Shown here: positions 39,744-50,694 of the stretch, in pieces
Numbering within the stretch: the stretch's first letter is position 1
Layout of the letters: the number at the start of each line of letters is the position of its first letter
Assembly (NCBI RefSeq): GCF_000143415.4
Contig: NW_003314306.1
Coordinates: forward strand, 124,001 to 188,000
DNA length: 64,000 nucleotides
Direction: 5' to 3'
Origin: Selaginella moellendorffii
Taxonomy: Eukaryota > Plantae > Lycopodiophyta
Translations under genes and position numbers: made by a program
The notes under the pieces: model-generated
The model's input: only the letters and a program-made list of their open reading frames with translations
Databases searched by the model: none
Told to the model about the DNA's origin: nothing

Positions 39744-42598
39744 TCAGCATATATTTTTGAGGTCCTCCTTGCTCCTTAGACGTGCTGGGAGGTCATCAAA
39801 GTTGAGGCTGGTGTTTGAAAAGTTAAGCTCAATCAACCCTGGGAACATTTCACGTTCGTCCATGGCACTTGACTCGATCAGCAACTTCTCCAATTTGTAA
39901 CACTCCCTCACCGACAAACTCTCCAGCTTTGGAGACCATGCCACCACCAGAGGCAGGCACTGGATGCGCGTCCCCTCAAGATTGAGCACCCGGAGCTCAC
40001 TGAACACGTCCTCTTGCCCCGGAAACTCTTCCAGCAGACCTTTCACCAAGCCTCCGTTCACTACATGAAGCTCCTTGAGCTTTGGGAGCCGAGTTACCGA
40101 TCGAGGAAGATAGAGCAGGCTCCGACACGAATGAAACTCGAGCTTTGCAAGCATAGGGAATGATCCTGGGTTGAAATCCTTGAGCTCCTCGAATGTGGAG
40201 TCCCAGAAAACCAGGGTAGTCAAGCATGGAAAGACTGAAGAGCTTGCAAAGGATGCTGGTGGCATGCTGCAGCCGTGTAGTGTGAGAGACGAGAGCGCCA
40301 CAAACTTGTCCACCTCTGGGATTTCATCGAAGCAAGTTCCTACCTCGAGCAGCCTCAGATAATTACACCCTTGGAACAGCTTCTTCCACGAGCCATGCAA
40401 GGTTTCCACTCGCACCACGCAGGACTCGAGATTGGCCGGCATGGCAAAGAAGTTCCGGAGGTTTGCCACCCTTGTATGGAGTGTCAAGTACCGGAGGTTG
40501 GCCAACTTTGCTGGGCTGCTCGAGAAGATCTCTATGCTGCCGTGGTTTTTCTCGTCGCTCGAGAGCTCCAGGCTCGTCAGCTTCTCAAGGGCATCTAGAT
40601 CCAGCTTCTCGTCCCGAGGGCTGCGAAAGTTCAGGTGTAATACCTCCAAGTTAGAGAGCTTGTGGAGCATTGCAAACTGGAAGTTTCTAATTCCTTTGAA
40701 GCTCGAGCTTGTGAGAAGATCCAAGTATTTGAGCGAGGACATGGTGTAGCAGCACTGGGGGACTTCTTCCAGCCTCGAGTCCCGCAGATCGAGCACTTGG
40801 AGTTGCCCGAGGCTGCAAATCTCGCTCGGTAGAACCTTGAAGCTCGTCCCTCTCATGCTCAAGACTTTCAAGTTGATGAAACTCTTGACGGCACTCAATC
40901 CACCATCTGCGAGGCTGTTCTTGTCGAGCAGCAAAACCCGAACGTCGTGTGCCACGCCCTCGCTCGGTGGAAGCGAAGAAATCCCGGAAGCTCGCAGCGA
41001 GATCCTTCTCACTCCTACCAACTTGGAGCTGAATAGATCTGTGAGCCTCTTCCCTGTCGCTCGTCCAGCCAGAAAAGCACACCCTTCCTCGTGCTCCCCT
41101 CGAGGATTGTCGAGGCGGCGCAGGATGAGCTCGCGAAGAACATCGTGAAGGCGGTAGCCACCACCATCAACCTCGACTTCAACCATGGATCTCTTCACCA
41201 GGACGTCGAGAATCATCCGAGCTTCGTCCCAGCCGCTGGTCTCGCCCTGCTCCACGGCCAGAGGCGGGATGAGATCGTCTCCTCTCCACAGCGCCACGAG
41301 CTCCTCGAGCGTGATCCTGGCGTCTCCCTCGTACGCAGCCATGCAGAGGTAGCACTCCTGGAAGAGCTTCCCATACTCGAGCGTCAAGAGGTCCTCGTAG
41401 CTATAGTCGAAGAGGTGAGACACCTCTCCCTCCTCCTCCAGTGCCGCCAGCCCTCGCGCTTTCACCTTCGCGGCGGACACCTTCCAGCTTGCCCGATCCG
41501 TCTTGCCCGCCATGGAAGATCCCACCACCTTGAGCGCGAGCGGGAGTCCCTTGCACGCCGCCGCCATCTCGCCCACGAGATCATCGATCCCCGGCTGCTC
41601 GCTCCCGGCGTCCTTGAAAGCGTGCATGCAAAAGAACTTCTTGTTATCCGCGCTCGAGAGAAGCCCCGCCGAGGTAATCACTTCCGCCTTCCTCCGCTCG
41701 AGCAGCCCGGAGTTTCGCGTGGTGACGAGCATCTTGCTCCCGTTTGCCCGATCCAGGACGTCGAGCCCATCCAACACCGCGCCTTCCCAGACATCGTCCA
41801 GTATGAGCAGCGTTCTCTGGCCGCCCAGAAGATCATGCAGCGTCGACTTGGGCTGATCGAGAGCTCTCCCGCGATCATCGTCCAGGAGGTTGAACAGCGC
41901 CCTCTGCAAGTTCTCCACGCTCGCGTTGCGATGGACGCCCAGGAAGTAGACGCGGCCTTCGAAGTGCTCGAGAACTCTGGCGTCGTTGTTCACCAGGCTT
42001 GCGAGGGTGGTCTTGCCGGATCCACCCATCCCGCAGATGCCAATCCACTTCCCCTTCTCCGGGTCCATGAGCAGCCGGATGATCTCCTCCAGCTTCTCGC
42101 TCACTGGCATGATGTTCTCCGGAACTGGCTGCCTCCGGTAGCCGTGAGTACTCCGCTGCTCCACGACCAAGCACGACAAGGTGGCCGCTGGAAGATCGTT
42201 GTGAATGACACAAAAGGAGAGTCTTTGCCTCTTGATCGCGAGCCAGATCCTTCGTCTAGAACAAAGATGATTGAAAGTTATGGATGTGATCACGATCGAC
42301 AAGCAAACCTTTCAAAGATCTGGTATTTCCTAGCTCCTCGCCTCGCTAGCTCGATCACCTCCATGGTATCCATGCACCATCGGTTGAATTCTTCCCTCCA
42401 GTTCTGGAACTGGCTGGATTGCGTTTGGTACTTGTTCTTCGTTGGATTGGACTCCATCTCCTTGAGCAGGGCGACGTATTTGCGGTGATCCTCGGCTAGA
42501 GGCCGGAGCTCCTCCTTGTATCTCGCCACCTTGATAAACTCCCCAGCAACAAACTTGAAAGCATTTCCTATGACCCAATCGACAATCACTTCAACCAT
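39744..42598 (-). CDS. NB-ARC-LRR immune receptor with helical CC/RPW8-like N-terminus (about 933 aa)
   Basis: Exons 42598-42309 and 42255-39744 (53-nt GT-AG intron). P-loop GMGGSGKTTLA, kinase-2 LLILDDVW, GSKMLVTTRN, CKGLPLALKVVG, LHD, C-terminal LRRs. Confidence 0.93.
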
Positions 42599-42715
42599 TT
42601 TCTTTTCTTTCTTTTAGATTGATCCTAAACATTCAAGTTCTTCCGGAATATATACGTGGTTGATGCTTTGCTTGTGTGAATCGCTTCAATTATTCTATAA
42701 GGAAAGTATTTCCAT

Positions 42716-42840
42716 CTTTGCTTAGCTCTACATAAAGTCGAGCTTCCTACTTTGCTTAGCTCTAAAGACGAGCTTCCATACTTTGCTTAGCGCGATATCT
42801 TCTTAAATCCATGGTTACTTTGCTTAGCGCGATATCTTCT
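42716..42840. repeat. Four short direct repeats with CTTTGCTTAGC core upstream of the NLR
   Basis: Copies at about 42716, 42750, 42781 and 42818 with shared downstream sequence. Confidence 0.8.
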
Positions 42841-42968
42841 GATATTAACAGAGAATCAAAGGTAATAAGACCAATAACAGATCACTCTCTGTAAAGTAAA
42901 AACCATTAGGAGGAGTAAATCCTCCACTACATTTTTCTTTTTATCAATCAGCAAAATAAGCACACCCG

Positions 42969-45423
42969 CTAGAGCTGCTTGCTCTCCGGGAACTTCTCTT
43001 CGTAGACTTGCACATTCTGCGAATTCAAGAGCGTTTAGAACTTGAACAAGAAAAAAGCATTGCCTTACCATGAATGTCGCCCGAATCGTTTTTCCAGCGA
43101 ACCATCGTTTGTTCAAGTTTAGCTGCGCGGCCAAAGCATCGATTGCTGTACCGAATCTTACGTAGACGTGCCCTTGACTGTACCTGCAAAAACAAACGCG
43201 TAACGCTCCACTGCGAATCACCAAAGGAAAAAAGCTTACTTGTCGACGCTTATATGTTTCACGGGACCAAACTTTGAGCATTCATCCTGCACGTCGTTTT
43301 TAATATCGATATCAAACTCTGGATCAGTCTGCACAAAAGCAAATCAAGTTTAGAAGGGCAATCAAAAAGAGAGATTCCAAACCTCTGTGGCTGGATCAAA
43401 CATGTTCTTCAAAAGTAAGCATTCGCTAGGTGGTCCTATTGGCTCCTCCGGAAGCACCGATCCATTTTGCATCGACAATGCAGAACCTATACCACCGTAT
43501 ACGGGTGGTACAGCCATGGGGGCCTGAGGCTGAAGAGAAGCGGGCGCCCTACAGAGGTTTGAAAATGTGAGAAACTGTAAAGGGAATGAAAACTTACCCA
43601 ACACCACCACTGCGGTCAAGCTTTTGCATAAGTAGAGCCCTGGACCGAGCATTCAAAGCCTGCTAATACCAAAGTATCATAATCGGCATTATGCGATCAA
43701 AAGCAGGACCTACCAATCCACCTCCCTCATCGTCATCAAGATCATTTTGCGTAGTGCCGATGTCTTGTCCAGTTTGTTGATCGGTAACAGCAGATACCTG
43801 GAAACAAACACAGAACAGGCTGAAACCACAGTCCAGATAAAAACAATGTACCTTGATGGCTCGTCCAGCAAGCTCCAAAATTCCATTCAGTCCTTGTTGA
43901 GCAGCTCGCGCATCCTCAAGTTTGCTATACTGCACAAAGCCGTACCCTTTACAAAGCCCTGTTTCTTGGTCCAGCGGGAGTTGAACAAGCTCGATGACGC
44001 CGAAAGGCTCGAAAACCTGACAAAAAAAGGAGCTGAAATGTCGAGAGATATTCGTTCTTACCTGCCGGAGCTGGTCCTCAGTGATATTCACATGTAGATT
44101 TCCAACGTACAAACGCCGAGCACCACCGGAATAAGGGCCATTGAAAGCTCCCGCGGCTGATCCACCACTAGCTGAGTGAACCAAATTCTTTTCAGCTTCG
44201 GACGGTTTTACCATCACATTTTGACCAAGCAGCGGCTGGTTGTTTAATTGGAGGGCCAGCGGAACAGACATGGCATCGTAGAACTCGATATACCTGCGAG
44301 AGCATACAAGAAAATTAGACGACACAAAATCAAGGAAAAACAGAACGAGAAAACGTACCCAACACCCTTAGATCTTCGAGAATTCCGATCCATGATGAGA
44401 CGCACATCCCGGACCTGTATAGACAGCACAAAGAGCACGTGGAATTTTTTGAGATACTTGTTACGAAAGTGAGAGCGAGAGAACAACCCAGACCACGGCA
44501 AGCTAGTGGCTTCAACAGAAGATACCGTTACAGTATTCGGAGCCACAAGATACTTACATGTTTTCCCACGTCGAAAGCAGACAGGTGCTTTTTTCATACT
44601 GCAAATAGGAGCACAAATGACTTATCTGATGCGAAGACAAAACGAAATGACCAACTCAGACATTAAACTCACGCACTTCCTATCAGAGCTAGATCACTAG
44701 AGTGTGCTCACCTTTCCGGCTTTGGAGAAAAAATCGTAGACGTGCTTCTCGTCCGCTTTGAGACAAATCTGCAAAATCAACACTTCTCTGTGAGAAGGAA
44801 AGAAAAATAAAAATGGAGAACTTTCAAGGACCTGCCAAGCAAAGACTGTTCGCTGATCTCTTTCCGGATCAGGCTCAGACTCCGCTGGTGCTGATTCTTC
44901 TTTCCTGTCTCGCCTCTCTCGAGACTTCCTGGACAAAGGAAAAAAAAAACCAAAAAAACCCATTAACTCAAAGAGAAGAGTTTGATAAGACTCACCGAAA
45001 GTCCTTATCTTTCTCCCTGTCCTTGGAGCTTGCCCTCTCCTCCTTCTCTTTATCTCGGCTGTGGCGTCGCGAGTCTTTATCCCTGTCATCCCTTCTACTC
45101 CGAGACCTTTCCTTGTCCCTATCCCGGTCCCTATCCCTCTCGGATTTCTCCTTGTCGTCGCCGCGCCCTCGATCTCTATCCTTCTCCCGCTCATACCTGG
45201 AGCTCCTGTGTTCCCGGCGCGAGCGCTTCTCTCGATCGCCCTTATCCCTATCGCGCTCCTCGTCCCCCCGCGAGCGCTTGCTACTGCGGTGTTCGCTCTT
45301 GTGCCCATCGTCCTCCGCCGCCGCCACCGCCTTGGCGCCCTCGCCATTCGCCCCGGCTGTAGCACCGGCGGCAGCGGCGCTCTCAACCGTCTTCTCCAGG
45401 TACTCGTACTCGTCGAAATCCAT
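42969..45423 (-). CDS. RBM39: RBM39/CAPER (CC1-like) splicing factor
   Basis: MDFDEYEYLEKTVE, RS/RD-rich region, PERDQRTVFA, RRM1 VRLIMDRNSRRSKGVGY, RRM2 RRLYVGNLH..KGYGFVQ, UHM CLLLKNMFDP...RWFAGK. Multi-exon. Confidence 0.93.
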
Positions 45424-45615
45424 CTCCGCGCTCTAGATTTCCTTCTGTACCGGTGCCGGATAGCTCATCCTACTTCAAGAACCCTAGAAATTTCGATGAG
45501 CCCTAACCCTAGATGTGCAGTATATTCGTTTACAATTTAGAGGTCTTTTTCATCTTTATCCATTAACTTTATAAAGGGCCGCCCTCGGCTAGATAGGTTT
45601 TGGAAGAGTGGATCC

Positions 45616-47011
45616 ATGGCGTCGTCTTACGCGCTCGCGGATTTCGTCGGCAATGGCACGCTCAAGGAGATCATCGATTCGCTTGTCGCGGATGGCTGGG
45701 ACGACGTTCCGACGATCAAGATGATGAGCAGCGAGGACATGGAGGCGCTCAATCTCACGCAGCAGCAGCGGGTATGAATTTCTTCCAGATTTCGCGTGCC
45801 TTGCGGCGATCTAACGAAATTTCTTGCGATCTAACGAATTTGTTGCAGGACGCGCTCGAAATCCGCAGCTACTTGCACGATCGAGCGCTCATGGAGTACG
45901 CAGACAAGCTGGAAGCGTCCGGCAAAACCCTGGCAGAGCTGATCGGCGAATCCCCCACCGCGCTCGCCAGCCAGTTTGGAATGAAGCGCGGCCACGTCGC
46001 GCGATTCGTTGATCGCTCCGTCGCGTGCGGCATCCGGATGCCGCCATCCTTGTCGCTGCCGGCCTCGCGAAGAACACGCTCCACAGTATCGACGGTATCT
46101 TCCAAAGATTCTCAGCCGGAGGAGCCCGACAGTGCTCGTCCCGCCAAGAACCCTAGTCCTCCTCGAGACGATCCGTCCAAGAAGGAGACCAAGGGGATCG
46201 TCGCGTCGGCGCCAGCGGTCCCGAAGCTCTGTGGCCTCATCCCTCCCCTGCGTGTCGACGAGAATGTGACGCCGATCGAAGTCCTCGAGAAGATCAGCGT
46301 GCAGCGCGTCACTCCAGAGCACAAGAGGGGCAGCTCCATCGATGGATGGAGCATCGATTCGGGCGTGGCATTGCCTCCGCCGATCAAAGCGGCGGATCTC
46401 TGGAGCCGTCGCCCGGCATTGCTGTTCATCATGAGAAGACCCGGGTAAGTTCAAGTTTGAGAGTGAGGCCGAGTTCCTTGAGAGATTCGTGTTCTTCTCG
46501 CTAACTTGTTTCATAGATGTGTCATGTGTCGAGCCGAGGCACACCAGCTCTACGCTCGCAAGCCGATCTTCGACGCCATGGGCGTTCATCTCGTGGCAGT
46601 CCTTGGCGAGTACATGGAAGCCGAGGTAACTTTGAGCGATTCTTTCCTGAAAACATCATCAAAAACTCTTTTTTCTAGGTGCGAGCGTTCTGGCCTCGCT
46701 ACTGGGGAGGAATGGTGGTGGTGGACAAGAACAGGGAGTTTTTCCAGGCGCTCGGAGGTGGCCGGTTGCTCAAAGACAACCTTGTGACGGGCTTTTGCTT
46801 CAACGCGGCAGCTCGGATGAATTACAAGCGCGCGCAGACGAGCGGAGCCGAGGGGAACTTTGTGGGAGAGGGCCTGATCAAAGGCGGACTCTACATCATA
46901 CGTGCTGGGAAAGCCGGGGTTGCTTACCAGTTCGTGGAGAGGAACTTTGGAGACTGGGCTCCCGTGGAAGAGCTTCTCAGCGTATGTTCTTCGTTTCAGC
47001 CGGTATGTTGA
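45616..47011 (+). CDS. SAM-like domain plus peroxiredoxin-like (AhpC/TSA-2, FAM213-like) protein
   Basis: Exons 45616-45771, 45849-46444, 46517-46625, 46679-47011. GWDDVPTIKMM, FGMKRGHVARF, RRPG|CVMCRAEA (CxxC), ERNFGDWAP. Confidence 0.85.
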
Positions 47012-47200
47012 AGGATAGAATGGTTTGATCCATCCGAGACGCTGATGAGTTTTCCTGCCTTGCAGAAGACTGTGGATAAGAGTCAAGACTGAGTGATCGA
47101 TCTGTAAGATTTCCTGTGATTTATACGAGCGTGTGTACATTACTATCGATGTGGATTTTCTCATAGCGTTTTTTCAGACATGTCTGGTTGAAGAAGGTTA

Positions 47201-48081
47201 TCAAAAACGCGACTTTAGCCGAGGCCTCACCAACGACTGACCGCCATCCACCGCAACGGTGGTACCAGTGATGAAAGACGAATCCTTGCTCACGAAGTAG
47301 AGCAGGCTCGAGGCCAAGTCGCGGGAACCATCGGCCCAGCGCTCCAGCGGAAGAAGCTTGCTCACGCTGCTCGTCGTCAAGGCCGTGTTCTTGCCACTCG
47401 AGTTTGCCGAGATCATGGCCGCTGCGTCCGACTCGCTCCAGCCACGAACAACGCAGTTGACGCGGATGTTGAATTTGCCGAGCTCCATCGCCAGCGCCTG
47501 GCCAGGAACATCGAGATCGATCAAAAACTTTCCAGAGGTATGGAACTTTTTCTCTCTCACCTTGCTCAACTGATGGACTCCCGCAATGCAGGTGCTGTAG
47601 ATCCCCGCTCCTGGAAACAATCCTCGCTCGCTCCCAGCGATGGACGTCACAAACACGATCGATCCACCAGCTCCGGAGAGTTTCATGCGTCTCGCCACGG
47701 ATCTACTCACCAGCCAAGCCGCCTTGAGGTTCTTTTCCACCGCTCCATCCCAATCTTCCTCGCTCGCTTCCAGCACCGGCTGAAAGCTCCCTTGATCGTG
47801 ATCGCACAAGAAGACGAGCGCATCGATCCGCCCAAAAGCCGCCCACGTGCTGGCGATCGATTGCTCCACGCTCGCTTCATCGCCACGGAGATCGAGCTCC
47901 ACGAATCTGCAAGACGCTGGGGCAATTGGAGCCGGTCTGCCGCCCGCGATCACGATCCTAGACAGGGAAAAGCGTGAAACTCGAATCGAGCGCCGCTCAC
48001 TTACTTGAAATCGCTGGATGCGAGAGTGAAGAGCAGAGTGTCACTGTCTGGCGTTGGAGTCACGAGGAGCAATACTGCCAT
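47201..48081 (-). CDS. Atypical short-chain dehydrogenase/reductase with PTS1-like C-terminus
   Basis: Exons 48081-48005, 47957-47561, 47497-47201. FGRIDALV, GGSIVFVTSI, ALAMELGKFNIRVN, ITGTTVAVDGGQSL, C-terminal RPRLKSRF. Confidence 0.85.
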
Positions 48082-48449
48082 AGCTTCCGGGTATAGGGTT
48101 CCTCCTTGCTAATGACAATTCATAAAAACTTTGGGATACCATATAAACATTTAGGGCTGACGTGGACAAATCACATAGAGATTTTAGCGCTGGCGTGGCC
48201 CCGTGACACAAACCGTCACTCCTATTTTGAAAACCAGAAGAGGGAGAGAGGAGCGATGGTGAGTGGAAAGGAAATGGCGGAGAGGAGAGGCGGCGGAGGG
48301 AGGAGCGGCGGCGATGGAGCGATTGGCGGCACGGGTGCGTAGAGGCGGCGGTGTTGATGAAGCTGAAACTCCCCAAGGTTAGGGTTGGAAGGAAGATATT
48401 TGGCAACGGGGGCATTCTTGCCAAGGCAAAAAAGGGGTGCGCGTCGGGG

Positions 48450-50210
48450 ATGGCGCCTCCCTGTGGGGGCGGCCCTGACAGCACCGCCGCATCGACTCCT
48501 CGGGTAAGCGATCCTCGTCATTCTTGGATATTTCGCTTGGATTCGTTGCATTGTCGAGTGTTTCGATCAATCTTCCTCAAGCTAGCTTGCATTCTTGGAT
48601 ATTTCGGCTGGATTTATGAGTGCCGCTTGCATTATCGAGTGTTTCGATCAATCCATTCGAAGCTAGTTTGCATTCTTGGATCTTTCGTTTAAATTCGTGA
48701 ATGCCTCGAGTATTTCGATCCATCCATTTGCTTACCTGTGACATTCAAGCTGCTTGTGTTGATCTATTTCACGCTCGATTTTTTTTGCGAATGCGATTCG
48801 TGCAGGAGCGGACAAAGCTGAATCAAAAAGCTGCCAAGCTCATGAGCCAGTCAACAAAAAGAAGACTTGCAGTGAGTGCCGAATCAGATATTGAGAAAGC
48901 AGCAGCTTATGTTCCAAGGGTAAGCTCGTCGCTCATTCCTCTATGTTTGGTTCTGTCAATGCTTGGAATTTTTCTCAACGAGCGATCGATGTTTTTGCTT
49001 TTCTCATTTCTCAGGCCATCGAAAAGAATGAAGCCGCGCGGGAACGCATTCAGCACGCATTGGAGAAGAACTATCTTTTCAAGTCTCTCGACAAGGAGCA
49101 AACAAAGACGGTAAAAGTTCTTCTCCGCAAAGAAGCTTTGCCGATTAGCTCACCATAATCCCTCAAAGGTGCACGGTAACAATTATAGTAGCTCAAAGCA
49201 TTTGGCTTTTGTGTTTGACGCGGGATTGTGCTTCAGGTGGTGGATTCTGTGGAGGAAGTTAAGTACAACCCCAATGACATTATAATCAAGCAGGGCGATG
49301 AGGGTGACAAATTTTTCCTCATCGAGGTGTGCTTCGTCATTCCATGTTTTTTCCCTTGTTTTGACTCTTTGTTTAGATAGGTGAATGTGAAGTGTGGTTG
49401 AAGGACCCAGAGAGGATACGCCCCGAGATGGTCAAGAGATATGGTCCTGGAGACACATTCGGAGAGCTTGCGCTTCTGTACAATGCTCCCCGTGCGGCAA
49501 CTGTCAAGGTTTTACAATTCATTAAAATATGTTTGCTGGTTTTGCAGGACTCATTTGGTATTCTTTCCAGGCAATTACAAGCTGTACACTCTGGGCGGTA
49601 GACAGGCCCACTTTTCGAGCGATTCTTATGCAAACTACCAACAACAAGCGGCAATTATACGAAAAGTTTTTGGCAGAGGTTCCTTTGCTGAAGGTAAATA
49701 GTTTGCAATCGTTTCTCCATCAATTCGCCTTTATTTTGGTTGGCGTGTAGACGCTAACAGCGTACGAAAGATCCGCAATTGCCGATGTTTTGGACGCGGA
49801 ATACTACGAACCAAACACAGACATTATAGTGGAGGGCCAAGAAGGAAACAAGTTTTATTTTCTGGAAGAAGTAAGGCTCGCTACCGCTTGTGGAAACTGA
49901 ATTTATTTCGCAGGGAGAAGCCGAGGCAAGGACAGGAGACAAGGTACTAATGAAATACAAGCGTGGAGATTACTTTGGGGAGTTGGCGCTACTAAGCAAC
50001 AATCCTAGAGCAGCGACTGTCAGAGCGACAACGAAATGCAAGTGCGTTTCAATTCATCGGGACAGTTTCAAGGTCAGCTCATTTTGTTGAAGTTGCTCGT
50101 ATTCCTACCGCATTTGCTCGTTTGTACTCTAGAGATTGCTTGGAAAAGTAGAAGACATCTTAGAGCGGAGGAAAGAAGAATACGAGAAAACTTCTGCAGG
50201 CACAAGCTAA
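48450..50210 (+). CDS. cAMP-dependent protein kinase (PKA) regulatory subunit, about 321 aa
   Basis: Exons 48450-48503, 48806-48919, 49015-49110, 49237-49326, 49377-49508, 49571-49693, 49751-49870, 49914-50072, 50133-50210. Inhibitory site KRRLAVSAES; two cNMP cassettes FGELALLYNAPRAATV and FGELALLSNNPRAATV; FKRLLG. Alternative ATG at 48357. Confidence 0.92.
48518..48725. repeat. Degenerate ~75-80 bp tandem repeat in PKA-R intron 1
   Basis: CATTCTTGGAT(A)T...TCGAGT(G/A)TTTCGATC...AAGCTAG repeated about three times. Confidence 0.75.
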
Positions 50211-50694
50211 TCGCGAGAAGACTTAGCCACAGTTCTGGTTAACTCCAGGTTTGCCGTAGATATTTGAAATTGGAGTGTCAGGATCAGGTTCATGCATATT
50301 TGACTGGGAAAAGAAAGCAGTGTCATTTTGCATTTGGAATCCTGTGTCACGTGAACCGCCGCCTCTCTGATTCTCGCAGAGCAAACTAATCTTGCGATCT
50401 GCAAACACTTCGGTACTATAAAGTGAGAGAGGAGCACCGCCGAAGCGTGGAGTTCGTAGTGAGTCCTAGTTCAGCTTTTCATGCTGTCTGTGTGAGCGCG
50501 CCTCCTCGCTGAAAAGGCATCCAGTACCTCAGGACGCTTAGCTCCTGTTTCAGGACTGTATATTGCGTGTTTGTCTTCGGAGAGGATTCTTCCTAGTGCT
50601 GCTTTCTGATGCATAAAGTCTATATCTAAGCAGTTAGTCTAGGATTGTGGTGTCCGAGTTGCTTGCTGTTCTTTTAACGACTTGATATCTTGCA

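Noticed and set aside
41091-42488. 465-aa plus-strand ORF
   Set aside because: Antisense shadow of the GC-rich NLR coding sequence; no motifs of its own.
42716-42840. Regularly spaced repeats resembling a CRISPR array
   Set aside because: Eukaryotic context, 11-bp core, spacers related to each other, no cas genes.
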